Of a DNA stretch of 38,865 nt, positions 21,482 to 29,701 are shown in pieces; position 1 is the first letter of the stretch, and every line of letters begins with the position of its first letter. The stretch is from Planctomycetota bacterium (GTDB taxonomy: Bacteria > Planctomycetota > GCA-002687715). Made by a program: the position numbers and the translations under genes. The stretch is from contig JABSRK010000004.1 in NCBI GenBank assembly GCA_013213915.1, positions 1 to 38,865 of the forward strand, given 5' to 3'. Under the pieces are notes generated by a model that saw nothing but the letters and a program-made list of their open reading frames with translations, was not told the origin of the DNA and made no database searches.

Positions 21482-24069
21482 CCGACGGCGTCGCTCTCAT
21501 TCAGCGCGCCGAGGCCCTGTTTCAGCAAGGAAACATCGGTGAGGCCGCGAGCCTCCTCGAGCAAGCCGTGACGCAGGACCCGGTATCCGCAAGGGTGTGG
21601 AGTGATCTGGGGACCGTTCGGTTTGCCCTCGGTGACGCCGCGGGCGCCGACGACGCGTTCGCATCAGCCCTCGCCGCCGACCCGGACTTCATCGACGCAT
21701 TGATGAACCGGTCGCGTATCCGGATCGCCCAGGACCGACCCGAAGACGCCGCGCCGTGGGTGCGCCACGCACAAGGAACAGCGACCGACGATCCCGACAT
21801 CGCCGCGCTGGTCGAGGCGCTCGGACTCGAAGACGACACCCGTCCCGTCGCGCTCCTGCTCGACTGGGATCGAACGCTTCGGGGCGAACGCATGATGCTG
21901 CGCGCCGTCCTCGAAGAACTGGGCTATCGGCCACGATCGGTCGGACGCGACGTCGTCGACGCTCTGGCGACGGTATGGTCGCTGGGTCTGGACGCGACCC
22001 TCGGGCGCCTCCTCGATGCTGTCGTTCCGACCCTGGTCATCAGCGAACAGGTCATGGACGACGCCGCGGCGATCCGGTCCGCAACACGTGACCGGTCGAT
22101 CCCGCTGGTGAACGTGGACGAGATCGCGGCGGCCGACGCGGATACGTTCGCAACGACGCTACAACGGGTCCTCGCCGATCTCCCGCCGATGCAACGTCGC
22201 CAGCCAATCGACTTGCAGCCCGTGCTCTCGCTGATCGTCCCCACATTCGAACGCCCGGTCTGCTTGCGAAACCTCCTGGATCGCCTCACCCTGCAGGATC
22301 TGCCTCCGCAACTCTTCGAGGTCATCGTGGTAGATGACGGATCCCAGGATCCGGTGACCACGTGGCTGTCCAACGCACGTCCGCCTTACAGGCTGAACCT
22401 GCGATGGCAAGAGAACGCGGGGCCAGCCCGCGCGCGCAACGTCGCGATCTCCCTGGCCCGCGCGCCGTACCTGTTGATCCTGAACGATGACGCCCTCCCG
22501 GCCCGGGACGTGGCGCGGCGCCACCTGGTCGCGCAGGCCGCTTCGGAATCGCCGATAGCCGTTCTCGGCTCCTTCGACTTCGACGAGGACGCGTGCGCGG
22601 ACCCGTTCACCGACCTCATGCAGCACTCGACGCTCCTGTTCGAATACGGGGCCATGACGCCGGGCAAACTGCATGGCGGACGTTTCTTCTGGACATGCAA
22701 CCTGAGCGTGCCCAAGGCCTCCGTGGACGCCGTGGGTGGCTTCGACGAGGAGTACCGACACGCCATCTGCGAGGACTGCGATCTGGGCTACCGACTCGAG
22801 GACGAGGGCGTCCTGGTGCGCTATGACCCGCGCATCCGCTCCTGGCACGACCACGACATGTCGCTCCCGCGGTACCTGAAGCGGCAGCGCCTGCTCGGAC
22901 GCTACTGGACCAGGCTGTTCACCAAGCGGCCCGATCTCTTGCGCACCATCTTCAGCACGTCCGGGACGCCCGGATTCACAGACAGCCTGTGGCTGTCCCT
23001 ACGCAGGCGTTACGAGGAGGAACGGATCGGGCACACCGAACGTGTCGCCGAGGCGACGGCGCTGGTCAACGAGGCCGGCACGTTCCCCCATGGATCTCGC
23101 CGGCGGCGTGAGCTCCTCGATCGCGTCACGGCGCTGATCGCGCGGCTCGGGGTCACCGAATGCTTCCGTGGCATGCTCCAGGTCCACTACGGCGACGCCA
23201 TCTGCACGCCTCCCGAGGGGACACTCGCGGATTGTCCGACATCGATCGTGATCCCGAACCTAAACGGATTTCCCCACGTCAAGGACTGCGTCGCCACGCT
23301 CCGCGAGCACACGGACGGGCCTTACGAATTGATCATCATCGACAACGGATCGAGCGACGGCAGCCTGGAATGGCTACGCGAACAGCCGGACGTGACGCTG
23401 CTCGAAATGGGCGAGAACATCGGCGCACCCGCCGCCCGCAACGCCGGGCTGCAGGTCGCGACAGGCGGCACCATCGTCTTCAGCGACAACGACGTCATGT
23501 TCACCCCACGTTGGCGTGAACTCTTGATCGCGCAACTCGAATCCTGGCCCGACATCGGCATCGTCGGCCCCATGTCCGACTACGTCTCCGGCTCCCAGAA
23601 GACGGAGGAGCGCGAGCGAAAGAAGGAGTCACTGGACGCCTTCGCGCGGCGCTTCACCAAGGAACACGCCGGGGAGCACTTGTACAGCCGACGCCTCATC
23701 CTCTTCTTCATGATGTGCCGCAGGGAACTCATCGACCGTATCGGCGGCATCGACCCGATCTACGGCCGCTGGGGCTACGAGGACGATGACCTCTGCCTCC
23801 GCACCCGCATCGCGGGCTACGAGATGCGGGTCGCGAAGGACTGCTTCATCCGTCACCTGGGCAGCCGCACGGCCAAGACCGCGAATCTGGACTACGACCG
23901 CTTCCTGGTCGAGAACTTCGAGGTCTACAAGAAGAAGTGGGGCCTCGATCCCACCCTCTGCTACGGCGACTCCTTCGACATCGGCGACGTGGTCGAACAG
24001 CCGTTCGATCCGGCCCTCCACCACGTTCCGCTGACGGCCGGCGTCCCCGCTCCAACCTGCGCGCCTTAA
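21478..24069 (+). CDS. TPR-repeat protein fused to two family-2 glycosyltransferase domains
   Basis: N-terminal TPR-like helices (AEALFQQGNIGEAASLLEQAV..DPVSARVWSDLG). GT2 domain 1 has SLIVPTFERP...VIVVDDGSQD...LILNDDALP. GT2 domain 2 has SIVIPNLNG...LIIIDNGSSDGS...FSDNDVMF. Confidence 0.8.
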   Translation: MTDGVALIQRAEALFQQGNIGEAASLLEQAVTQDPVSARVWSDLGTVRFALGDAAGADDAFASALAADPDFIDALMNRSRIRIAQDRPEDAAPWVRHAQGTATDDPDIAALVEALGLEDDTRPVALLLDWDRTLRGERMMLRAVLEELGYRPRSVGRDVVDALATVWSLGLDATLGRLLDAVVPTLVISEQVMDDAAAIRSATRDRSIPLVNVDEIAAADADTFATTLQRVLADLPPMQRRQPIDLQPVLSLIVPTFERPVCLRNLLDRLTLQDLPPQLFEVIVVDDGSQDPVTTWLSNARPPYRLNLRWQENAGPARARNVAISLARAPYLLILNDDALPARDVARRHLVAQAASESPIAVLGSFDFDEDACADPFTDLMQHSTLLFEYGAMTPGKLHGGRFFWTCNLSVPKASVDAVGGFDEEYRHAICEDCDLGYRLEDEGVLVRYDPRIRSWHDHDMSLPRYLKRQRLLGRYWTRLFTKRPDLLRTIFSTSGTPGFTDSLWLSLRRRYEEERIGHTERVAEATALVNEAGTFPHGSRRRRELLDRVTALIARLGVTECFRGMLQVHYGDAICTPPEGTLADCPTSIVIPNLNGFPHVKDCVATLREHTDGPYELIIIDNGSSDGSLEWLREQPDVTLLEMGENIGAPAARNAGLQVATGGTIVFSDNDVMFTPRWRELLIAQLESWPDIGIVGPMSDYVSGSQKTEERERKKESLDAFARRFTKEHAGEHLYSRRLILFFMMCRRELIDRIGGIDPIYGRWGYEDDDLCLRTRIAGYEMRVAKDCFIRHLGSRTAKTANLDYDRFLVENFEVYKKKWGLDPTLCYGDSFDIGDVVEQPFDPALHHVPLTAGVPAPTCAP

Positions 24070-24125
24070 GCGCCCCGGCGGGGGCACAGCGGTCAACACC
24101 GTCATCTCCACGGCATGGGGGAGGC

Positions 24126-24160
24126 AAAAAAAAAGCGGGACGCACTTTCGCGCGTCCCGC
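24126..24160 (-). terminator. strong rho-independent terminator oriented for the minus strand
   Basis: The minus-strand RNA reads GCGGGACGC-GCGAAAGU-GCGUCCCGC followed by U9. That is a 9-bp GC stem, extendable by C-G and G.U pairs around a GAAA tetraloop. The plus strand shows the A9 run at 24126-24134. Confidence 0.7.
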
Positions 24161-24333
24161 TCATCTCCCTCTCACGCTCCGGCCACTCCCCCGACGGCCG
24201 GAACGTGCCACCAGCAGTCGCGTGGACGTCGCTCTCGCGGCATCCCCGCTTGTTCCGCTGATCCTGCAGGTGTCGCAGCCGCCTGAACCGCGTCACCGAT
24301 TGCATCTTCGGCGTGACAACCGATGACGCCTCA

Positions 24334-24421
24334 CGGAAAACATTTCCGGACGCGCACCAGCTTGCGGGGCCCCGCCTGGGGAAACTGGAAACATCTTCCG
24401 GCGTAACGGAAAGACCTTCCG
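24334..24421. promoter_or_regulatory. three copies of palindrome CGGAA-N5-TTCCG upstream of flgF (candidate activator/UAS sites)
   Basis: 24334-24348 CGGAAAACATTTCCG (perfect), 24386-24400 TGGAAACATCTTCCG (4+5) and 24407-24421 CGGAAAGACCTTCCG (perfect). Centre-to-centre spacings are 52 and 21 bp. Confidence 0.5.
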
Positions 24422-24478
24422 TGTCCGCGAGCGGCGGGAAAACACGGCCACGGGGACATCTTGGCCCCAACCCCATCT

Positions 24479-24494
24479 GGGCGGCGTGCTTGCA
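24479..24494 (+). promoter_or_regulatory. sigma-54-like -24/-12 element upstream of flgF
   Basis: gGGCggcgtgcTTGCA has correct GG-N10-GC spacing and a perfect TTGCA -12 box but a weak -24 box (about 8 of 12). It lies about 97 nt before the flgF ATG, which has a GGAGGAAG SD. Confidence 0.35.
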
Positions 24495-24590
24495 CCACCA
24501 GCCCCGTGAATTCCCGACCGCGGCCCGCCCATTGCTCTCCACAGACTGGCCCAAGGTCCCGCAAAGGCGCGGGACGGAGGAAGTTAAGAC

Positions 24591-25310
24591 ATGAACGACG
24601 GCTACCACGCGGTAGGCAGCGCCCTCCAGGCGGTCCTGCATCGACTGAACGTCGCGACCAAGGACGTCGTGCACGCCCGAACCCCGGGTTACCAGAAGCA
24701 CCTGCTGACGACCCAGTCGTTCGCCACCCAGCTCGACAAGGAGCTCGGGCGGGATGCCAGCCTAGTCCGCTCGTACGACGCCACCGTCTTCGAGCAGGGA
24801 CGCATCGTCCCCCGCAACGACCCCTTCGCCATGGCGCTACAGGGGGCGGGGATGTTCACGGTGCAGACGCCAAACGGCATCGTCTACACCCGCAACGGCG
24901 ATTTCATGGTCGACGCGGACGGCGGGCTCCGCACACACGGTGGCTATGCGGTTCTGGGGGTGAACGGTCCGATCCGGATCGACCCCGCATCGACGGGCGC
25001 CATCGTCATCGACGACAAGGGCGCCATCAGCCAGGGCGAGAAGCAGATCGGACGTCTGCGTCTCGTCGAATTCGAACACCGGCACGAGCTGCGGCGCGTG
25101 TCGGACACGTTGTTCGGCGACCCCGAGGGGGCCGCCAAACCCGAACCGGCAGCGGAGACCATCGTCCTCAGCCGGCACCTCGAGTTTCCCAAGGGATCCA
25201 CCGTCTCCGGCATGGTCGCGATGATCGACGCTGCTCGCTCGTTCGAAGCAGCTCAGCGCGCCGCGCGGGTGATAGATGACACGTTCGGACGCCTGACCAA
25301 GCAAGGTTAG
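24591..25310 (+). CDS. flgF: flagellar basal-body rod protein FlgF
   Basis: The rod-family N-terminus (NVATKDVVHARTPGYQK), the internal block YTRNGDFMVDADGGLRTHGGYAVLG and the C-terminus MVAMIDAARSFEAAQRAARVIDDTFGRL. It sits upstream of flgG. Confidence 0.85.
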   Translation: MNDGYHAVGSALQAVLHRLNVATKDVVHARTPGYQKHLLTTQSFATQLDKELGRDASLVRSYDATVFEQGRIVPRNDPFAMALQGAGMFTVQTPNGIVYTRNGDFMVDADGGLRTHGGYAVLGVNGPIRIDPASTGAIVIDDKGAISQGEKQIGRLRLVEFEHRHELRRVSDTLFGDPEGAAKPEPAAETIVLSRHLEFPKGSTVSGMVAMIDAARSFEAAQRAARVIDDTFGRLTKQG

Positions 25311-25333
25311 TCAGGAGCCAAGGAGAGAGTTTC

Positions 25334-26113
25334 ATGATCAAGGCCATGTACACAGCCGCCGCCGGCATGACGGCTCAGCAGACCGAGGTCGACGTCATCG
25401 CCAATAACCTGGCGAACGTCAACACCGCGGGTTTCAAGAAGAGCATGACCCACTTCGAGGACCTGCTCTACCTGACCCTGACCCAGCCCGGAGCGGCGAT
25501 GCGCTCGGGAACAGGGATCTCGGGGCTCCAGATCGGAAGCGGCGCGCGTCTGATGGGGACGACCAAGACCCACACCCAGGGTGTCATCGCCCAGACCGGC
25601 AACTTCCTCGACATGGCCATCCAGGGCGATGGATTCTTCGAGATCGAGGGCCCGGTGGGTGAGCGCTTCTACACGCGGGACGGTCACTTCACCAAGGACG
25701 CGAATGGCGAGCTCGTCACCGCTGGCGGCTACCGGTTGATCCCTTCCATCACCGTGCCGCAGGAAGCGACGCAGATCTCCATCACCAAGGACGGCACTGT
25801 CTCCTACCAACTCAACGACACGAACCCGCAGATCGGCCAGGTGACCCTGGTCCGGTTCGTGAACCCGGCTGGCCTCTCTTCCGAGGGCGGCAACCTCTTC
25901 CGCGCGACCGCCGCGAGCGGCGATCCGCAGACCGTCATCCCCGGGCAGGAAGGCGCGGGGCAGATCCTGCAGGGAGCCATCGAGCGATCGAACGTCGACG
26001 TCGCCAACGAGCTCATCCAGCTCATCCTTGCGCAGCGTGCCTTCGAGGTGAACAGCAAGGCCATCAAGACCTCGGACGAGATGCTCAACACCACGAACAA
26101 CCTCACGCGGTAA
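25334..26113 (+). CDS. flgG: flagellar distal rod protein FlgG
   Basis: MIKAMYTAAAGMTAQQTEVDVIANNLANVNTAGFKK ... SNVDVANELIQLILAQRAFEVNSKAIKTSDEMLNTTNNL. Confidence 0.93.
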   Translation: MIKAMYTAAAGMTAQQTEVDVIANNLANVNTAGFKKSMTHFEDLLYLTLTQPGAAMRSGTGISGLQIGSGARLMGTTKTHTQGVIAQTGNFLDMAIQGDGFFEIEGPVGERFYTRDGHFTKDANGELVTAGGYRLIPSITVPQEATQISITKDGTVSYQLNDTNPQIGQVTLVRFVNPAGLSSEGGNLFRATAASGDPQTVIPGQEGAGQILQGAIERSNVDVANELIQLILAQRAFEVNSKAIKTSDEMLNTTNNLTR

Positions 26114-26116
26114 CCC

Positions 26117-27124
26117 ATGACTCGCATAGGACTTATCTTGATCGCCCTGACGCCGCTGGCGCAGGGACAAACACAGGACTGGGAATCGGTCTCAAGGACG
26201 GTCCGCGCCACGCTCCACGAGCGCGCCACCGTCCGTGGCCTCGACCTGAGGCTCGGAGACGTGGCCGACGTTACCGGTATCGACGCGACGACCGTCGCGA
26301 AGGCCCGGCAGCTGCGCCTCGGCAACGCGCCCGGCCCGGGCCGTATCCGCCTGCTCGGTATGGACACGCTGCGCGGACTCGTCGCGCAGGCCGCGGGCAG
26401 CCGTATGGATATCCGCCTCGACGGCGCCATGTCGGTGCAGGTCCTGCCCGAGACCGTGAAGCTGTCCTCCGACGAGATCGGCACCCTCGCACGCCGGTGG
26501 CTGTGGAACGCGCTCGGTTGGCGTGGAAACGGCACCAACGTACGTCCCGTCGCAACGCCCGGCCCCCTGGAGACCCAGGCCGGTCGCTGGTCGACGCGGT
26601 TTGAGGTCATCCAGGAGTCTCCGAACGCGCACCTCGTCGGGCTGGTCAAGCTCCGCGTACGCGCCGTCGTCGATGGAAAGCCCGGGGCATCGGTGCCCGT
26701 AAGCCTCGTCGTGAAGCGACGTCACAAGGTGCTCGTCGTCGCGCGTCGCGTCCCCGCTGGTCGGCCCCTCTCGTCCGAAGACGTGAAGGTCGAGGAGCGC
26801 ATGGCGGACGGGACCTCCCCTGACGCGCTGACCGAGATGTCGGCGCTCCACGGCCTCATCACACGCCGCGCGCTGACACCGGGGAAGCTCATCTCGAGTC
26901 GAGATCTGAAGGGGCGTCCGGTCGTATTCCGGAACGACCCGGTCACGGTGCGTGTCCTGTCAGGCGCGCTCGCCGTGACGGGAACCGGACGCGCGATGGA
27001 AGAAGGCGCGCCGGGAGAAGTCATCATCGTGCGTACGGGGAATCGCGGTCGCACCGTACACGCTGTCGTGATCGACTCAGGGACCGTCGAAGTCCGATTC
27101 GACACCGCCAAGGAGACGAAGTGA
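26117..27124 (+). CDS. flgA: flagellar P-ring assembly chaperone FlgA
   Basis: Signal peptide, a SAF-like region (VVARRVPAGRPLSSEDVKVEE) and the C-terminal block GRAMEEGAPGEVIIVRTGNRGRTVHAVVIDSGTVEV. Its position between flgG and flgH fits. Confidence 0.8.
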   Translation: MTRIGLILIALTPLAQGQTQDWESVSRTVRATLHERATVRGLDLRLGDVADVTGIDATTVAKARQLRLGNAPGPGRIRLLGMDTLRGLVAQAAGSRMDIRLDGAMSVQVLPETVKLSSDEIGTLARRWLWNALGWRGNGTNVRPVATPGPLETQAGRWSTRFEVIQESPNAHLVGLVKLRVRAVVDGKPGASVPVSLVVKRRHKVLVVARRVPAGRPLSSEDVKVEERMADGTSPDALTEMSALHGLITRRALTPGKLISSRDLKGRPVVFRNDPVTVRVLSGALAVTGTGRAMEEGAPGEVIIVRTGNRGRTVHAVVIDSGTVEVRFDTAKETK

Positions 27125-27708
27125 TGCGGCTGTTCATCGTCCTCACTTTGATCGTCGCCGCGACGCCGGCGCAGTCCTTGTGGAGCGCCCGCCGTCCGTC
27201 TCCGTCGCTGATCAGCGACACGACGGCCCGCAACACGGGCGACGTCCTCACGGTCGTCATCTCCGAGACGCAGACGATCAAGAACCAGGAGAAGACCGAG
27301 TTCCGAAAGGACGCGAGCCTCGACGCTTCCCTGGACACCTGGACCATATTCGAGGACCTGTTCGACACGCTTCCGGCCGTATCCGGATCGAGCAATCGCG
27401 ACATGATCAGCGATGCGAAGTACGACAAGCAGGGTGTCCTGCAAACCCGGATCTCGGTACTCGTCATCGATGTCATGCCTAACGGCAACATGCTCGTTGA
27501 AGGACGGCGTCGCATCGTCATGGACCAGGAAACGAAGACGATCCGGTTCACCGGCATCGTCCGCCCGTACGACGTCACGTCACTGAACACCGTCCTCTCG
27601 GAGAATGTGGCGAACGCATCGATCGCATACGAGGGACAAGGACCGCTGACCGCGACGACAAGCCGCGGTTGGTTGTCGGAGCTGCTGGACTTCGTCTGGC
27701 CGTTCTGA
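27124..27708 (+). CDS. flgH: flagellar L-ring protein FlgH (no lipobox cysteine)
   Basis: ARNTGDVLTVVISE, VLVIDVMPNGNMLVEGRRRIVMDQETKTIRFTGIVRPYDV and LSELLDFVWPF. ATG 27124 has an AAGGAG SD 8 nt upstream. Confidence 0.88.
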   Translation: MRLFIVLTLIVAATPAQSLWSARRPSPSLISDTTARNTGDVLTVVISETQTIKNQEKTEFRKDASLDASLDTWTIFEDLFDTLPAVSGSSNRDMISDAKYDKQGVLQTRISVLVIDVMPNGNMLVEGRRRIVMDQETKTIRFTGIVRPYDVTSLNTVLSENVANASIAYEGQGPLTATTSRGWLSELLDFVWPF

Positions 27709-27716
27709 ACGGGAAC

Positions 27717-28826
27717 ATGGACATGCCCAGAATCGTTCTCATCGCTCTCATCGCCCTGGCCCTCGGCGGCGCGCTGCCCGGCCAGGCCCGCATTCGCGAC
27801 ATCGCCGACATCGAGGGCGTACGCGCCAACCCGATCCAGGGGATCGGTCTGGTCGTCGGCCTCAACGGCACCGGAGACGCCGCGACCCTCACCCGCCAGG
27901 CGGCAGCCAACATGCTGAAGCGGATGGGGCTCAACATCCCGTTGAACAACGTCCCGCCAGAGAACATGGCGGTGGCGCTCGTTTCGGCAGATCTGCCTCC
28001 ATTCGCGCGGCCCGGCTCCAAGATCGACGTAACCGTGGCGAGCCTCGGTGACGCCACCAGCCTGCGCGGCGGCCAGCTCGTGGTCGCCCAGCTCAAGGGG
28101 TTCGACAACCGCACCGTGTACGCCATCGCCAGCGGCCCCGTCGCGACGGGGGCCGTTACGGCACGAGGTGCTTCAGGCTCGAAGGAGACGATCAACCACC
28201 CGACCGTCGGACGCGTCCCCAGTGGTGCGACCGTCGAACTCGAGGTCCCCCAGCGCGTCGTCAGCAAGGACGGCAAGATCCGGCTGCTGCTGCGGCGCAC
28301 CAACTTCGCCAACGCACGCAACGTAACCAACAAGATCAACGAGAAGTTCCCCGGTACGGCGCGGGCCGTAGACGGGCTCAAGGTCGAAGTCACCATCCCT
28401 CAGGGGCGGGTCGCCGACCCTGTCGCGTTCGTGGCGGACGTGGGCGAGATCACCGTGGAGATCACCCAGAAGGCGGTCGTCGTCATCAACGAGCGCACCG
28501 GAACGATCATCGCCGGAGGCGATGTCGTCATCCTCCCCGGGACAATCACCCACAGCAACCTGTCGATCTCCGTGCGCGAAGGATTCGACGTCTCCCAGCC
28601 CGTGGCCCCGTCGTTCGACAAGCCGGGCGACACCGTGGTCACGCCGAGGACGGACATCCAGATCTCCGAGAAGGGGACGCCCATGGTGCCGATTCCCAAG
28701 GCCGTCGGCGCGGGTGAGGTCGCCAAGGCACTCAACACGCTCGGCGTCTCGCCGCTAGACCTGATCAGCATCTTCCAGGACCTCGCGAAGGCGGGACTCC
28801 TGCAGGCGGAGCTACGAATCCAATGA
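27717..28826 (+). CDS. flgI: flagellar P-ring protein FlgI
   Basis: ATG 27717. A signal peptide is followed by RIRDIADIEGVRANPIQGIGLVVGLNGTGD, and the C-terminus is ALNTLGVSPLDLISIFQDLAKAGLLQAELRI. Confidence 0.92.
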   Translation: MDMPRIVLIALIALALGGALPGQARIRDIADIEGVRANPIQGIGLVVGLNGTGDAATLTRQAAANMLKRMGLNIPLNNVPPENMAVALVSADLPPFARPGSKIDVTVASLGDATSLRGGQLVVAQLKGFDNRTVYAIASGPVATGAVTARGASGSKETINHPTVGRVPSGATVELEVPQRVVSKDGKIRLLLRRTNFANARNVTNKINEKFPGTARAVDGLKVEVTIPQGRVADPVAFVADVGEITVEITQKAVVVINERTGTIIAGGDVVILPGTITHSNLSISVREGFDVSQPVAPSFDKPGDTVVTPRTDIQISEKGTPMVPIPKAVGAGEVAKALNTLGVSPLDLISIFQDLAKAGLLQAELRIQ

Positions 28827-29185
28827 CCGTCGACTCTATCGATCCCGTCCGCGCCGGCATCGAACACGCCCTGGACAGCGCCGCTGCAAAGGCGACCGAT
28901 GTTGCGCGTTCTGGCAACGACGAGCACGCCGCCAAGGAACTCGAGAAGTTGTTCCTCTCCGTGCTGGTGAAAGAGATGCGCAAGAGCCTCCCCGAGGGTT
29001 TCTTCGGGAAGGGGCCAGGCGCCAGCGTATACAGCGGACTGTTTGACGAAGTCCTCGCCGAATCGCTCGCAACCGGCACCGGCACTGGCCTGCGCCAGGC
29101 CATCCTCGAAAGCTGGGCACCGGACGCCCCTTCAGTGAACGCAGCGCCGTCCGAAAAGGCACTGTCGGAGAATGCGACACCATGA
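28823..29185 (+). CDS. flgJ: rod-binding protein (FlgJ N-terminal domain type, no muramidase domain)
   Basis: AAKELEKLFLSVLVKEMRKSLPEGFFGKGPGASVYSGLFDEVLAESLA fits the Rod_binding pattern. It is 120 aa only. ATGA overlap with flgI. Confidence 0.7.
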   Translation: MTVDSIDPVRAGIEHALDSAAAKATDVARSGNDEHAAKELEKLFLSVLVKEMRKSLPEGFFGKGPGASVYSGLFDEVLAESLATGTGTGLRQAILESWAPDAPSVNAAPSEKALSENATP

Positions 29186-29700
29186 CCGCTCAGCGCTCTC
29201 TTAAACCTGACGATATCAAGCTCCTCCTCGCTTGGATGGACGCGGAAGCGTCCGCCCAGGCCGAGCTCTTGGACATCCTGGTCGAGCAGCGGAACTGCAT
29301 GGTCCGCCACAACCTGGACGGCCTCGAGGCCCTCGTCAACCGCTCTCAAGCCAGCCTGCGCCGGCTCGAGGCCGCGACACGCAGCCGTGCGACGGCCGTC
29401 GGCAGCGTCTGGCGAAGCGCCGGATTGGAGGGCGAACCCACGATCGACGCGATCATCGACGCCGCCAGCGAAGACGATCGTCCCCTGCTCGAGTCCGGAC
29501 GCCTGAATCTGGAAGCCGTCATCGAAAACGTGCGCCGCACGACGCGCGCCAACCAGGTCCTGGCCCGCACCGGCCTCGACGTCAACCGCGCCCTCGTTCA
29601 CGCCGTGTTCAGCGACGGAGAGCCGCGCGAGACATACGACAGAGATGCGCGAACCCGCACGGAGCGTCCGGTGAACGCGTGCGTGGACCGGGAGCTGTGA
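29182..29700 (+). CDS. flgN: FlgN-like flagellar export chaperone
   Basis: Helical 172-aa protein (LLDILVEQRNCMVRHNLDGLEALVNRSQASLRRLEAATRSR) located immediately upstream of flgK. ATGA overlap with flgJ. Confidence 0.55.
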   Translation: MTAQRSLKPDDIKLLLAWMDAEASAQAELLDILVEQRNCMVRHNLDGLEALVNRSQASLRRLEAATRSRATAVGSVWRSAGLEGEPTIDAIIDAASEDDRPLLESGRLNLEAVIENVRRTTRANQVLARTGLDVNRALVHAVFSDGEPRETYDRDARTRTERPVNACVDREL

Positions 29701-29701
29701 C

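Noticed and set aside
24313-24594. 93-aa plus-strand ORF that ends in an ATGA overlap with the flgF start, suggesting a coupled upstream gene.
   Set aside because: Third-position G+C is clearly lower than in neighbouring genes by hand count. The sequence is not protein-like. It runs straight through the three CGGAA-N5-TTCCG palindromes and the sigma-54-like box, so I treat it as regulatory DNA.
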